Shown here one piece after another: positions 47,839 to 62,354 of a stretch of DNA of 64,000 nt. The notes beneath the pieces are model-generated. The model had not been told where the DNA came from and ran no database searches. It was given only the letters and a program-made list of their open reading frames with translations. How positions within the stretch are numbered: position 1 is the first letter of the stretch; each line of letters opens with the position of its first letter. The position numbers were made by a program, and so were the translations under genes. The DNA is taken from contig NC_087437.1 of NCBI RefSeq assembly GCF_036321535.1, positions 72,108,001 through 72,172,000 on the forward strand, written 5' to 3'. The DNA comes from Camelus dromedarius. Lineage: Eukaryota.

Positions 47839-50249
47839 CCAGTTTACCAGGACCTGTAGGAGGTTCACGATGGAGAAGGCCTGGAAAGGTAGCACTGTGA
47901 TTAAGAGTTTACAACAATGAGTGATGGTGGTGGTGGGAAAAGCTGAGCTTCACTTCGAGGTAAACTGGTTGAGTCAAGTGAAGGCAATACTCACAGGACA
48001 GAGAAAACTGGTCCAGGGAGATATTCAGGGGCTTGAGCCATGGAAATTTATCTAAAAAATAAGAAAGGTGACTACAGACCAGAATGGTATACTCTGCAGC
48101 CTAGAGGAGGAATTTAAGCTTAAATGAGGAAAAGGGGGCAGAAGCCAATACTTATAGAGGCACCTGCTTTACATACCTCAGTCATTTCAACAATCTGCCA
48201 AGGCAGGTAACTATTAATGACTTTATATATTTTACAATCAACAACATTGAAGCTCAAATTATTAAGTGGTGGAGAGCCAGAGTTCTAACTCAGGGTTTTC
48301 CTACAATACTGTTACTTCCTCAACCTTCCAGAAAATTGGGAAGGGAAGAGGAAGAAGTATAATTGTCTTAGTATCAGAAATCTTAAGAAGGAGCAGGAAA
48401 TGGTCTGCCAAGTTAGTGAAGAAAGACATAAGGTTCAAGGGAGGAATATCTGAGCAGATGGAAACTTCCTCACCAAGAGAAGAAGGTATGCAGACCTGAG
48501 AAATGGGTTTCATACCAAGTTTTTTCTCTAGAGCCAGGAAAGTATGTGCATGAATAGGAGAAATGCAGTCCTATAGGGGACAAAAGTGTCTTTGTAAATT
48601 AGACCTGAGTCATCCATATAGTTGACAAGTCTATGGCTCTTGTTAAAGGGCCCAAAAGTAACCGGTAAGGAATCTTCTTTGGCTTGAGAGTGGCTAAAGG
48701 GGGAAGTGCACTCCTTTTCAATTTGACTTCACTCCCATTACCTTTTTTTGAACCTCTAGTTCTTTAAACTGGTATTCTCTGTGCAGGGAGAAGGGGCATT
48801 TAGGATTGAGACATTTGCTTTCCAACAAGATTATACGCTCCTGGAGGACAGGAACTTGGTCTTTTTTTTTTTTTTTGGTATGTTTCTTGACAGCATGACA
48901 TATTGGATGAACAAATACTGCTTTTCAAATAAATGTGTTGAACAGACATCTAAAGTGTCTGCTAAAAATAAAACTGGCTTCAGGTTCTGTAGTTCTACCT
49001 CTGTGGTCTCACTGCACAAACATATGTTTTAGATCTCAGGCTATTCAAGACATGTGTTCTGATCTATTATTTAAAACAAATTGAAATGGAAAATGCAACC
49101 AAAAAGCTTAAAGAATTTGCCTAAGGACTAAAAATGGAACATATGAAGGCTGTAAAATGGCCCATTTAAGTACTCAGGAATAATCAGGAATTATTCATTC
49201 AGGCTCTGTGGCTCACGCCCCTGTAAGTGGCCTTTTTCCCTCCTGCTATGTAACTTACCCTGCAGAAGATCTGTATTACTGTCTATTTAAGGGAAGCCTT
49301 TTATATCTATTTTTCCAAGAGTAGCTACAACAATTTTGAAGTTTGTGACACAGGTTAATCCATTCCTATCTTTTGCCCAGGTAAAGAAAAGTATTATCAA
49401 GTGAAATAAGACGGCTGTTGAAATGCAATGTTCACGTGTCTCCTGGCAAGTCAAGATGTGAAAGGTCCAAATAAAAGGAAGACTTTGAATCAGCTTCTGT
49501 TCCAGAGAAGTCCTCAAGATAGTTGTGCCCGCTCATTCAAAACATGACGCAACACCATTCATGACAAACTTGAGATACCCTGTAGATGGACAGTTGAGAA
49601 ACAGAATACATCATTTTAACCAAGGATGTTTCTATTTCCTTTGTCTTTTTCAGAGTGAGTATAAAGATATAAAAGACTCTTGGGCTTTAATTTTCATGTG
49701 TCTGGTCTCAATTTTAACAATTTTATTTCCCTTTTTTTTGTGAGTTAAGAGAATGGGGAAAAATTGAAGGTCTGATAATGAGTTTAGAATTCTCTTCCCC
49801 TTCCAGGTGATTGATCAGGACAAAACACTAGAATTTTCTATGAAATGCTGTTATTATAGAAACCTACATGAATTAGAGGAAAGAATCCCACCTGGAGCCT
49901 GAATACCTGTTTCCAGTATCAGCTCATAGATGTTTCATCTTCTCATACCTTGACTTGCTCATCAGTGAAATGATGAGTTTAAATTAGATCATTCTTACCC
50001 AAATTACTTCCCCTTAAGTATTATGGGCTTCTGTGGCAACTGGGTATAATTGCAGAACTTCAGAAGGAAAGGCACTGGACCCAAAGACCTCCTTTTAGAT
50101 CTCGCTTTATACATTTTGTAGTTTTATTTCCTCATCTCTAAGAGATGGAGAGTAGTAGCTGTCATCTGGTCACAGGGGTAATGCACAATTAGCTATTTCC
50201 TTGTGTAAGAAATTTACGAATAAAAAGATCGATATAGATGGAAGATGAG

Positions 50250-51060
50250 ACCCTTCCCCCAAGATATTAAAATATTAAAATATCTACATAGAAAAATGCA
50301 AATAGATTGAAAGAATAGAATAAAGTACAGAAAGAGGTTATGAATGTATTAACAGGTAGCTTATTAAAGAGAAAATAATCAATACACTTATGAAAAGATG
50401 CCCAATGTTACTACTAATCAAAGAAATACAAATGAAGACAGCAATGAGATACCATTTTCCTGTCATTAAGTAAGAAATTGAAATATTTTATATCAAATGT
50501 TGGCAAAAGTACAGGGAAGTAAGTAGATACCATGATTCACTACTGGTCAGAGTATTAACTGGTGTAGACATCTTGAAAGGTAATTTGACAGTGTTATAAT
50601 TTTAAATGTGTATATCCTATGATCAGTAATTACTTTTTTGTATTTACTCATATGCCTAAAAGGCTAGATCAAAATATTTATTGTGGCAGTAGCTGTAAGA
50701 ACAAAATATTTGAAATGATTCACTTATAAGTCTATAGGTAAATGTTAAATGAATGATAGTGCATTTATACTGCAGAGTACCATGCAACAGTTAAAAAGAA
50801 TGAGGTGGCTGTCTGCATGCTGACTAATACATACTGCAGAGTAAAAAGCTAGTAAGTTTGTATTATTTATGTACAAGTATATACTAAAAAAACTATTTGT
50901 TTCTGTAAATACATTATGTATTAAAACACAGGGAAAGGAGTTCTGAAAAGACATACAACGAACTAGTAACAGTAGTCACCTTTTAGAAGGAAAGTGGTGA
51001 CAAAAGGGGCTTAAACTTCGTAAGATTTAAACTTTTTTCAAGTGAGGATGTCTTTATGTA
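50250..51060 (+). mobile_element. Old L1ME-like 3' fragment
   Basis: tatgaaaagatgcccaatgttactactaatcaaagaaatacaaatgaagacagcaatgagataccatttt. Confidence 0.65.
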
Positions 51061-51989
51061 CTATTTAGAAACTAAGGAGGGTTTATTTTTTTTTTTCCCC
51101 CAATGGAAGAAGATAAATTAACTTAAGCATTTTCTACTCAATTAAATTAAAATCTAACTCAAGTTATTGTCCTCCAGGCAATATTATATAAACTTTCACA
51201 CATACCACATGTTCTAGAATACCACCCAAGTCACTGGGTCTGAGCCCTTAAAGAGCTCAGTATTTCATGAACCTTATCCTTTGATTTACCCAACAATGAA
51301 GCCAACTGGCTATAAAATTTGATTTGTAGAGTGTTCAGAAACTATTTCTCAGACTCTTAGTAAAAGTAGTTCTGGGATTCAAATTATTATGGAATCATTC
51401 CATCTTATTGAACTTGAAAGCATAAGGTCACAGAAGGTGATGGAATTTCTCCAGAGATAAATAATTATCTCAATCATCGCTGTTACTAGTGTTCTATGTG
51501 GAGAAACTAGTGTTCTGTTTGCCTTTTCATATAAAGTGTTCCCTCAGTGAGAACTACAGAATTCCAGAACCCAGCTGTAGTTCTTCCACTGGATTCTCTT
51601 GATGGCTATTCATTCTATTAGAAGGTAGTAATTTGAGAAAACACAAACACATGCTTAATAATAGTTGTCACTTTTAGAAACAGAAGGAAGACAGAATCTG
51701 AAATTTGGAGAAACACAAACAAACTTGCCTCTGTCAGTAATCCTAGAAAGTAGAGACAGAAGATATCATTATGCCTTACTTTGCACATTAAGAAAATAAG
51801 ACTCAGAAAAGTTGAGAAATTTGTCCAAAGTGACACAGCAAATAAGAAATACAGAATAGTTATTCTTTTTGACTCAAAGTCTAACACCTTTTCCACTCCA
51901 CTATCATCCCTACCGTCTTGAAACTAGGGTCTGAAATTTGAGGATACGTGTGCAAGTTGATGTACTGAATCAAATAGTATTTCACCTGA

Positions 51990-52195
51990 CATCTGTTAAA
52001 TGCCTGCTATGCATCTGTCTCTGTTCCTAATTCTTTCATAGTATTCACTGAAATCTTATCAGAATTCCTTGAGATACATATTATTATCCATACTTTACAA
52101 ATGTAGAAATGGAGGCTTGGAAATTAAACCATATACTCAGGCCACATCAACAGAAAGTGGTAGAGTAAAATTTCAAACCTACAATCTCTGGCTCA
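51990..52195 (-). mobile_element. MIR SINE
   Basis: ttattatccatactttacaaatgtagaaatggaggcttgg. Similar MIR pieces near 12890-13025, 52850-53030, 55200-55300 and 61780-61935. Confidence 0.55.
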
Positions 52196-55100
52196 AGTAA
52201 GTAATTTTCCCATTAACATTAGGGTTTTAGTATTCCCAAGGAAGGGCTCTCATCAGCAAATGATGCAATCTTTAAATAAGCTCTACCCCTAACTAGACAC
52301 ATGCCCTTCAGTCTTGTTAACTACCTTGTTGTGGGACACTTGTCAAGCAAATCACTGTGGGTTAGAATGTTTTTATATATGGCTGGGACCATCCAATCAT
52401 ATTAGCAAAACAAGCTATCTCTAAATAATGTCATGTGTCAGCCAACAAGAGATCCATTGTTTCACTCCTTCTCAGGGGGCCTCCAGGCCTCCTCTGTCAG
52501 AATGAGTGTTAGGGCTCCCCTTACAGTGACCCAGCGTAATTTGTTTTAGTAATGTCAGAGCACTCTGAGGTAATGGTCTCCTGACCTCAAGTAGTACTTT
52601 AAAAATGAAAGAAACATGAATAAGTAGAGCATTTTAATTTTTTTTAAGTCCAGAAATAACTTGAAAATGGACTATCTAAACAATGAATTAGGATGCATGT
52701 TACCCTAAGTCTCAGGAAAGTGATTTGAATGAAAATATTTAGTTACAGGACACATTTGAAAATGTTAGACATCTGGGAGAAAGTAAGAACAAGAAAAAGG
52801 ATCAGAACAGACTGTCCTGGACTGATGATTTATATAAATCACAGCAACATTATTTATGAGCGTTTATTGCATGCCAGGCACTTTGCATGTGGTAACTAAT
52901 TCCATTCTTCAAAAAACAAAAATCCAATAAGGAAGTCTGTCTTACTAGGTCCATCTTATGGATGAGGAAATTGAGGCTAGAAAGTGGCAAGGCTATAATT
53001 CAAACCCAAATCTATCTGTCTTTGAAAGTCACTGTCCCTTCCCCACCAGCTCCCCAGCTAAGGGACAGAGCATAGAATCCACACTAGTGAGTTTATGGGT
53101 GCTGTTGAAGAGGGGGCCAGGCTGCTGATTCGGGACAGCTTCATTTTCTTCCAGAGTGGGATTTTGTGAGTTGTCTTTGTTGTTTCATCTGAGATGTAAG
53201 TTCTCAGGAACTCAGACACAGAATGGTCAAGAGAAGGCAATGTACTCCAAAAATGATGAGTAGACCTATTCTTCACCCATTTGGAGGGGGATCTCAAGGG
53301 AAATTTTAAAATTCACAAAATATTTCAAAAAACCAGAAGATATAAACAGTAAAAGAGAAAAATCTCAGCCATCTCCCAGCTTAAGTAATGCAACTTGAGA
53401 AACACAGTTAAAGATCCTTGCGTGTCCCATCCAGATTTCATCTCCTTTTCTCCCCTCCAGAGATAACTACTGTCCTGAATTTGGGGCTGTATCATTGTCA
53501 TGAAATTCTCAATAGCCTCTATATATGTTTGTTTCCTTATAAAATATATTATTTAATTTTGCATAAATTCTATATAAAAGGACTCATATTTATGTATCCT
53601 TCTGAAATTTCTGTTTCTTTCTTATTATGTCCACAACATTCATCCATATTACTGCCAAGCAGGCAAAGTAATCACAGTTTCACAATTTTTGGTGCTACCA
53701 TTTTTACTCTGCAAGAACATTTTGATTTAAAGAACAAGACTATTTTGATTTAAAGCCATTGATGCCACTGGTAGCAAAGTTTCTATAGATACCTTCATTT
53801 TAGACACATCTGAATTTCAACATGATTTTTCTTTAGGACAGAATCATCTTTACCTGATTAACTCAGAAGAAGTTTTTGCATGTGAATAATTCTGATATAA
53901 TGTTATGTGGCTGTTTTTTCCCTATGCCCCAAAAGATGAAAAAAGAGGTGTTTTCAGCAAAGCAATTAAATTTTAGTATCTTTTTTTCCCCAATATACCC
54001 AGCTGAAAACTGGAAAAATACAGGCTGCACTTACAAGAAAGAATTCCCTTCAAAGCAAAGATCAAAATTACAGTTGTCCTCTAATTTGGAGGGATGGCTG
54101 ATTGCAGCTTGGTTCCTGGTCATCGAGCGCTGACTCCCAGCTCTCCCATGTGGATAATTTATCCTTTCCCTAGTGTCTAGATGAGAGGTAGTATAGCATA
54201 TTGATTCAGGCTTTGGGGTCAGAAAGACGAGCTGAGGTCAGAGAGCTCCATCACTTTCCACAGGTCATTTTAAGTAAATTATCCCTGAACCCCCAATTCT
54301 GTCTCTAAACACATGACAAATGTTGCCTTTGTCCTGAGCCTTCCTTGGCGATTGAGATCATGTCTGTATGGTACTTGCGCATAGTAAGAATGCAATTAAC
54401 AGTGGTTACTATTACCTAGTCCTAATAAAATCCTCTATCAACTGAAAAAAGTGCTTTAAAAATGCTACAATGTCTCAAAAGGAAACATATCTTATTCCCC
54501 TCTTTACTTGTTCAGGACTAAGAATTTTTCTGAAAAAGGCACACTTCTGTGAAAGGAATTGAAAATTAGCTCCTCCCTTCTCAGTTCCCCAAATGGAACT
54601 GTTAGTCTTGTTATTAAACACGGGTACACAAGAACAGAGTTTATTAGGCTGGGCCTTGAAGGCCAATAGAAACTGAAAATAACCTGCTCATAGTGAGATG
54701 ACAGAACACTAACCCATGTTGCCCCTGGCAGAACATTTTGTTTGGCCACAATGTTTTTCAAAGCTAGAGAACACTCTAGTTGTTCTGCTGTGTACAATGT
54801 GCTTTTTATTTGGCTTTACCCAGCTCTATATTAAAGCTTATTTGTTTACCCCATGGACACCTCCCACACACACACCCACACCCAATATATATACTAATGC
54901 TTAAATTGAGCTAACAGCTCATAAACAGAAAGTGATTCTTTGTATAATAGTTAAGAGATTTGTTTAGACTTCCCTTGTCAACCGTGATCTATTTATGTCT
55001 GCCAGATAACAGATAATTTGTTTAGAATTTCATAAATACATGTCTGCTTTTCCTAACAGGGATTCAGCCTCTTTTAATATTAGGAAGTTTCAGTCTTCTT

Positions 55101-56320
55101 CAAGCATCATCTTAAAATAACAAATTAACCTAAAAATGTTTTACTGAAATATATATCCAAAAAGATCACAAATGGATAAAGCCAACCAGAAATCTCAGCT
55201 CACAGTCCTGAACTATGTAATTTATTAGCTGTGAGACCTGAACTGAGTCACTTAATCCCTCTGAGCCTCAGTTCACCTCACCTGTAAAGTGAGGCTGCTA
55301 AAAGAAATAAGAAGCCAGAGACTAAGCGCTTGGGTTGTTTGTTGTTTGATCAAAAAGAAATGCAAGAAAAAGTGCCCTATGGAAATATAACCTGTGCGTT
55401 GCTAGAATACCTCTTTTCGTTTGGATATGAAAACCTATACCTTTTAGACTTCGAACTTTGCCATTCTTGGAAGGACAACAGGGGGTTTTGGCAGAACCCC
55501 TCTGAAGTCACATATCAGAGTTTAAGTCTCATGGGCACCAAGGCAGTGATCAAGGTATCTAGTTCTGAAGATCATGTGTCTGGGCACCTGGGCCCATAAA
55601 GAAGGCAACAACAGCGGCTCCTTGACCTCATTTTCCCTATTCCATGCTGACTATAAACCAGTGGCAAGAAGGAAGTTTGAGGTCTGCTCTTGCCAGGGGT
55701 CCGGTTGCTTCCTCCTAACACAGAAAGCTATTTTTGCAGTTTTCAAAGGCAGCTGCTTCTGGCAGGAGTCAGGTAGGGCAAGGCCTGCCTTTGGCCAACT
55801 AACCCAGAATTACTGCTGACGCTCTTGTGGAGACAGGGGCTGGGGCAGGAAAATGTCTTCCTGAGTGCTAACTGCTCCGAGATGATTCCGGCCTGTGTCC
55901 CTGCAGGCATGTCTCTTCTCTCAAGAGGAGACTCTAAGAATAACATCCCTAAATGCAGGATTTTCTCAAGTGCGTTGTGCTTCAAACTTGGGCAGAGCCT
56001 TTCTGGAGAGGGACCTTGGTCCATACCTTAGGAGTACTAGAGGACCCATTTTAAAATTCCCGTTCGTTTGGGTGAAAATATTACTACTTTTGTAGTATCT
56101 TGTTGAATACATGTTTGAATGTTTTGTTGAAACATTAATTTGTGTTTTCTTTTTGCAGTGTGTTTTTCTCTCCCTCTCCCAGGAAGGTGGCTTTGCCTTC
56201 TGAGTCTCTCCCTTGGCTCAGGGGAGGGTGGTGCTGTGGGTGCAGGAAGCAAAAATGACTATAGACAGTGGCTCTTTCTGGCTTTTATGTCCCCAAGGAC
56301 TGATCTCCTTGAGAGGATTA

Positions 56321-56665
56321 CAGTCATCCTTTGGTATCTTGGGAGATTGGTTCCAGGACCCCCACCAGATACCAAAATCTGTGGATGCTCATATCCCCCA
56401 TATAAAATGGCATAGTATTTGCATATAACCTACTCCATTCTCCTGTATACTTTAAATCATCTCTAGATTACTTACAATACCTAATACAATGTAAATGCTA
56501 TGTAAATATTTGTTAATACAATGTAAATACTATGTAAATAGCTGCTGATGCAGCAAATTCAAATTTTGCTTTTTGGAATTTTCTGGATTTTTTTCCTCAA
56601 GTATTCTTCATCTGCAGTTGGCTGAGTCCACAGATGCGGAACACACAGATATGGAGGGCTGACTG
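56321..56665. mobile_element. MER2/MER2B-like TcMar-Tigger MITE, full length
   Basis: Ends TA|cagtcatcct...agggctgactg|TA; internal gattggttccaggaccccc...ataccaaaatc; 345 bp. Confidence 0.88.
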
Positions 56666-58414
56666 TATACTACGGAAATGAGAGGGAAGTGAGTGTCCTC
56701 TAAGAAGGGAGACTCTTCAAGATTGGAGAGAACTGAATTCTGCATGGTGAATCCTGCACCATGAAAGAAACCCAGGTGGGAGGCAGGACTCAGAAAAGCT
56801 GCCCCTAAGGAGGCTGGACCCTAGCACAAGGTTACTGCCTTACCTACATTTTCTCTACCTGTATGAGGCAGAGAAAACTATGGAGCCACCAAACTTCAGA
56901 GCAAGGCAGTCTGCACAACGTATATCAGCAGGTCAGGATGGACAGAAGGCCTGTGACTTTTCCCTCTATTTTGAGGAACCACATCAGGCTCCTAGATTAT
57001 AGATGGAGCCTAAGAAGGAGAAGATTCTCCCCATCAACCCCAATAATGATAGACGCTGAATTTTTCCTCCAGTTTCAGGAGGAAAGAGGCTCAAACTTGG
57101 ACTTAATTAGAAGAAAGCAAAGAAATGGTATACTTCTCTCACATCCAAGATTGTGGGGTAAAGTTCATATAGGCTACAAAGGCAAATGACCAGGAGGTGA
57201 ATACATAAAATACACTTATTACCAGCTATTAACAATGCAGTGCAGATTTGTTCATCAGAACAGAATCACATTGTAGCTTGTTCCCTAAAAGTGGGATAGA
57301 TAAGAGGAAAATTTTGAAAGGGTTGAAAGAGATAACAAGAGACAAAATTCACATTTAGCATTTGCTAAAAGTACTAAGCCACTTTTATGGGACTATGTTG
57401 TATGACCCTTTCTGTGTATCCACAGCCCAACTTTCCCCACAAATTTCTTCTCCTTTAAAACTAAATAACCGTTAGCACCAGGGGAAGAATATACTGATCA
57501 GTTCTTCGCACTTCTGAGTGTGCCTGTCCGCTCTCTCAATCTTTAGGGGACAGTATTTGTAAAACTCTTCCTTTAAAATGGGCCTTCCATGACTGGGTGA
57601 TAGCTTAGGGTAAAATTTTTTTTTGCAGTTTTCTTTCCTTTTTCAAAAAAAATGTTTTGTTCCTGCTACATCTTTACCAATATGTGGGTAACCTAGATAT
57701 TGCCTGGTCCCTATATAGTCTTTTTTCATCCACTTGTTAACCTCAATATCTCTACATTTCTGTAAACCACTTGCAATAAGAGAATGACTGTGCAATGTAA
57801 TACTTACTGAAATTCTGGTAGGGATAACGGGGTAAAATTTTCCTTACACACTCAACACCAACTTTCAAAGCATTGCAGAATATCTCTGTTCCCCAAAGTT
57901 TTCATTTTGGCTACTCAGCAAACATGGTGTTCTCCTTTTCACTTTTTCCAAATATGGTCCAGTTTCCTCTATTTTGCTGAGTTATTCAGTTCTTTTCCTA
58001 AACTTGCAATCCCTGATCAACTAGGTGCTTAACAAAGCAAGTGTCTGCTATGAATAGGACCCCCCTTCCTTAGAAGGAAGTTTAGCAACTATTTATTGCT
58101 CTCTGAACATGGACAGAATGTCTCATTCAGCCTACTGTCATCTCATTTCTACCATGTAGTTGATTAAAATGGATTTTTCCAAATACATAGAGAAGTCTCT
58201 CTTGGAAAGTTCTGGTGAAGATAATTTTCTCTGTCTGATTGCTTGTCAGGTCCATTAGGTGTTAGCAAATTCTAGGAACACCAGGGTGTTGGAAAGGTCA
58301 AGGTCAAGTGTCTCAGAAAAGACACTCCTTTCCTGAAGGTGACCAGAAACTTCTGATTTTCTTAGATTCTGAAGCAGTCTGAATAATAGGAAGTATGGGT
58401 AACTCTGAAATAAT

Positions 58415-59022
58415 TCTGTTTGGGCTACTATTGTTGCATAACAAATTACCCCCAAACTTAGTGCCTTAAAACAGCCATTTTATTTTGCTCGTTATTTTTT
58501 GGATTGGAAATTTGGAAAGAGCGTGGCTAGCTGATTCTGGATTGGGGTTTTTCAAGCAGTTGAAATCAGATGTCACTGGGGCTGCTGTCATCTGAAGGCT
58601 AGACTAGGCTGGATGTTCAAGATGATGCACTCACAGGTTTGACAGTTGGTATTGACTCTTTGCTGGGGATGCCACTGGATCTGCTGAATGCAGCACCTTC
58701 TTGTGACGCTTCCATGTGGTTTGGCTTCCTGACAGCACAGTGACCTCATGGTTGTTGAACTTCTTACTTGGCAATTCCAGGCTCCAAGAGGAGGTATTCT
58801 AGTGAACCAGAAAATGCTACATTGCTTTCACCCAGTCTTAGAAGTCATACAGTACCACTTCTGCCATACTTTCCTAGTAGAAGCAGCCATAAGCCTGCCC
58901 AGATTCAAAGAAAAAGGAACTGGGCTCCCCTCTTACATGGGAGGAGTGGCAAGATCACATAGCAGAAGAGCAGGAAGGATGGGAGATATTTTTGCAGCCA
59001 GTTTGGAAAATGCAATCTCTCC
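58415..59022 (-). mobile_element. MaLR LTR (MLT1H-like)
   Basis: gttgcataacaaattacccccaaacttagtgccttaaaacagcc...ttagaagtcatacagtaccacttctgccatac. Confidence 0.75.
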
Positions 59023-59659
59023 AGTTATGTGGCAGTCATAGCCAGAGGCTGCTTCCATAGCCATAATGTGAGCAAACAAAAATGCAATGTGGAATGGAGT
59101 TTTCAGTGTCCTTTCAGAAGATTAAATTCCACAGCCCTCTTCCATTGCTACCATCTCCTTCTGAATCACTCATCATTGCACTGTTAGAAATGCACCTGAG
59201 GAGATATGGCTTGAATTCCTATCTGTCAGCAGAAAGATAATGTGCAGGCTTCTGAGATATACAATAGATTTCTTCCTTGGCATTTAAGTTCATAATTTTT
59301 TGTAGAAATGGGAATTATTTTGTTTTGATTAAAGTGGTTGATTGGATCTAGCTGTATCTGGACATGGATATTCCATTCTACTAGTTTGGCCTACCACGAT
59401 CAAGTATTAGATCTTTAGTCTGTGGAAACCTACATAGTAGAGATGTCCAGCCCTATCTGTACTATCTTTCTCAAGCTATCCTGTTACCAAGCTTATAAAA
59501 TACCGTGTGCCCAGATTAGGCTGAACTAATTGCGTATCAGAACAATGGTTCAGACTTGACTCTACAAAGCTTTCTACCATGTTTGCCCCATGCATGAACA
59601 GGTATACATTTGCCTCAATGTTTTATCCACTGAGAAACTCTTTGGGTATCATGGATTAT

Positions 59660-59662
<3 letters not shown>

Positions 59663-59692
<30 letters not shown>
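59663..59692. repeat. (GT)n microsatellite
   Basis: Direct reading. Confidence 0.95.
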
Positions 59693-59696
<4 letters not shown>

Positions 59697-60714
59697 TTTG
59701 AGTATGTAATGCCTTTTTTCCACTGGAGAAATTTTAGAATTTCTTCTTCTATTACATCCAGATTTCTGGGTTATGGGAGGCCAACACTGTTTAGTATTTG
59801 AACATTATCTTTTCCTAAATGAAAATATAACTTGAAATCACACTGAAAAGTCTGTTTATATTTCTGCATAACTGAAGAGTTCAACTTTATTTAATGGGAT
59901 CTTTGAGCTAAGCGTAGTGGGAAAAACAGGATACTGGCAGAGCTATGTGGCCGTCTTGCAAAATAAACTCCTGATAAGGCTGTAATCCCTTTGTTGGCTC
60001 AACCACGATTAGATTTGAAAAAGTCACAAAGGACTGGAAAAGTCCACAAAGGACTTTCATGTAATCTTGGCAATAAATTTATTACTCACATATTCCTAAG
60101 GGCACTAGAGGGAGAGATGTTAGGCCTTTTGCTAAATGCATGATGTTAGCAAATCTTTAAAGTTGACTTGGCTGTACCTCTAATTCTGAGAAATCTGAAG
60201 TCCTTGTTCTATTCCAGTTCCTCTGAGAGTCAGGTGCATGTGGTTGGCACAAAATAAGGGAAGAGGTAGTATATTTTCCACGTCAACCTGAAATATGGGG
60301 CAAAAGCTGTACTCTCATGATTGGGTTATGAGTTTAAGTTCAGTTTAACTGAAAATCACATCCAGGAAGCAAAGACCAGATCAAGAGGGTTTCTTCCTTG
60401 GCCCACTAATTCTACCTATTGGTTGGTAGGAGAATGGAGAGATTTGATTAGTCTTCATAGTTTTGACACAAATCTGTGAGGTTTTGTGTTGCTGGAAAGT
60501 GCAACTTGTGGGTATGCTAGGCTGGACTTCTATCTTCAAGCCCCTGTCATCATTTAAAGAAGTAGATTTGCAAAACCACAGAAGGCTCCACATGGCCAAG
60601 ACTATATTCACTGGCACCTTGTTTAATTCTGCCCAACAGAATTCTCTGATCTCCAGACAGAGGGGCTGGACCTCAGATGTGGCATTCTACAGCAGGGGGG
60701 AGCTCAGTCTTGTC

Positions 60715-60860
60715 TAAAACTAGAAAAACCTGGGAGAAGTTTTAAAATTCTTATCTAACTCAACTAAAGTGGAAATACTATGGGGACAGGGGCTCAGGCA
60801 TCAGTAGTTTTTAAAGCTCTCAAGGGATTCCTATATGCAACTCAAGTTGAGAACCATTGT
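60715..60860. mobile_element. MER5-like hAT MITE fragment
   Basis: ggggctcaggcatcagtagtttttaaagctctcaagggattcctatatgcaactcaagttgagaaccattg. Confidence 0.6.
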
Positions 60861-62206
60861 TCTAAAGTTCCACATTAATGTTTGTGAACCAATATTGTTG
60901 ATTTAACCTGTGGTGTGCGGCACTTTATTGGAGGCCCCAATAAGGTTTGGGAAAATGTACCATAGGTAAGAGTTTGGGAATTTAGAATAAGATTGATCTT
61001 CTCTATTGTAGATTCAACACAGCTGGAATCAGCTGAACTCAAAATTCCATTAATAGCTATTAGTTCACAAGCATTAGAAATTAAGGAAAGAGCCATGTCC
61101 CTGAGAGTTGAGTGTGGCTATCCTCTCTCTCCTCCCTTTCTTTAGTGGTGTTCTACCTCCTTCTGCTCCCCACCCTGCCCCAGACTGCTGTCTGGCTATG
61201 TTCTGATTTTTAACTAAGAAAATAAACTTGTGGGTTGTGCTGCCTAATTCTTGCCCCTTCTGATAAGGCAGTCAGCAGCAGTGTTTACAAAGATGTGGAA
61301 AATGGATCTGTTCCAATAATTGATCAAGGACAATTATGCTTCTGAACTGCAAATTCTCCCTGTGATGGCACCACTGAGTAAGGGTGGTAAAAAGTCTGTT
61401 GTGTTTCCTTTTGGAAACTGGATGAAGGGATGCGAAAAAAGAGAGCAAGGATTCTGTAGGAAGTGATAGACATAGTTTTGTTGCTACTTACCTCCTAATT
61501 CAAAGATAAAGAACTTGGAAAACAAGGGTCCTTAGAGTTGAAAGCACATCAGCATTCTCTCAGACTTGTTCCATGAGGCTGGCCACTGATCAGCTCTGAC
61601 TAATGAGCAGAACATGTGTGGGGCTGCCTTCAACTGCCTTTGCATTAGGTCCTGGAACACTTGTAGCTTCCTTCAAGATTATTAAAGCAAGCCAAGGTCA
61701 AGAATGTTCTTATTCCTTTGTTACTGTGACATTCTCTAGTCTATCTGATGCACTGCAAAATAGTGAAATAAATACCCAGCTTCCAAGATGTGCAAGTTCC
61801 AATCCTGGCTTTGTCACTGAATGGCCAGGTAATTTTGAATGGGTTACTACTCAGGTTTTCCAAGTCCTAATCTCCACATCTATCAATATGATTTCAAATT
61901 CTATCTACCTCATAAGATGGATGTGAAGATTAAACCAAACCACAAAAGTAAAGTTAGTATTGTCAGAATATTTCAAGGATCCCACTTCAGTTTAATAGAG
62001 ACACTACTTTTTGCTTTTAGATGGAAATTTAATCTTGATTATAGATAGAGACAAGTTCCTAGTGGTGGTAACTGAACTCAGATCTTTCTTGAGAAGTATA
62101 AGACACTGAAATTCACAACTGCTTTTGAAAATTAGAATGCATTTTTTGTTTCTTTATGAGCACTAATAAAAATACAGTGCATCTTCCTTAAGAAATGTTG
62201 AGACTT

Positions 62207-62354
62207 GGTGGGGAGGATATAGCTCAGTGGCAGAGTATGTACTTAGCAATGCAGAAGTCCTGGGTTCTATCTCCAGTACCTCTATTAAAATTAATAAATA
62301 AACCCAATTATCTCCCTCTCTCAAAAATAAAATAAAAAAAATAAAAATTAAAAA
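62207..62354 (+). mobile_element. tRNA-derived SINE (camelid Vic-1-like)
   Basis: ggggaggatatagctcagtggcagag...cctgggttctatctccagtacc, A-rich tail. Perfect 17-bp target-site duplication aagaaatgttgagactt at 62190-62206 and 62355-62371. Confidence 0.9.

Noticed and set aside
56480..56545. Tandem repeat taatacaatgtaaat(g/a)ctatgtaaata
   Set aside because: It lies inside the MER2-like element and, as recalled, is part of the MER2B consensus.
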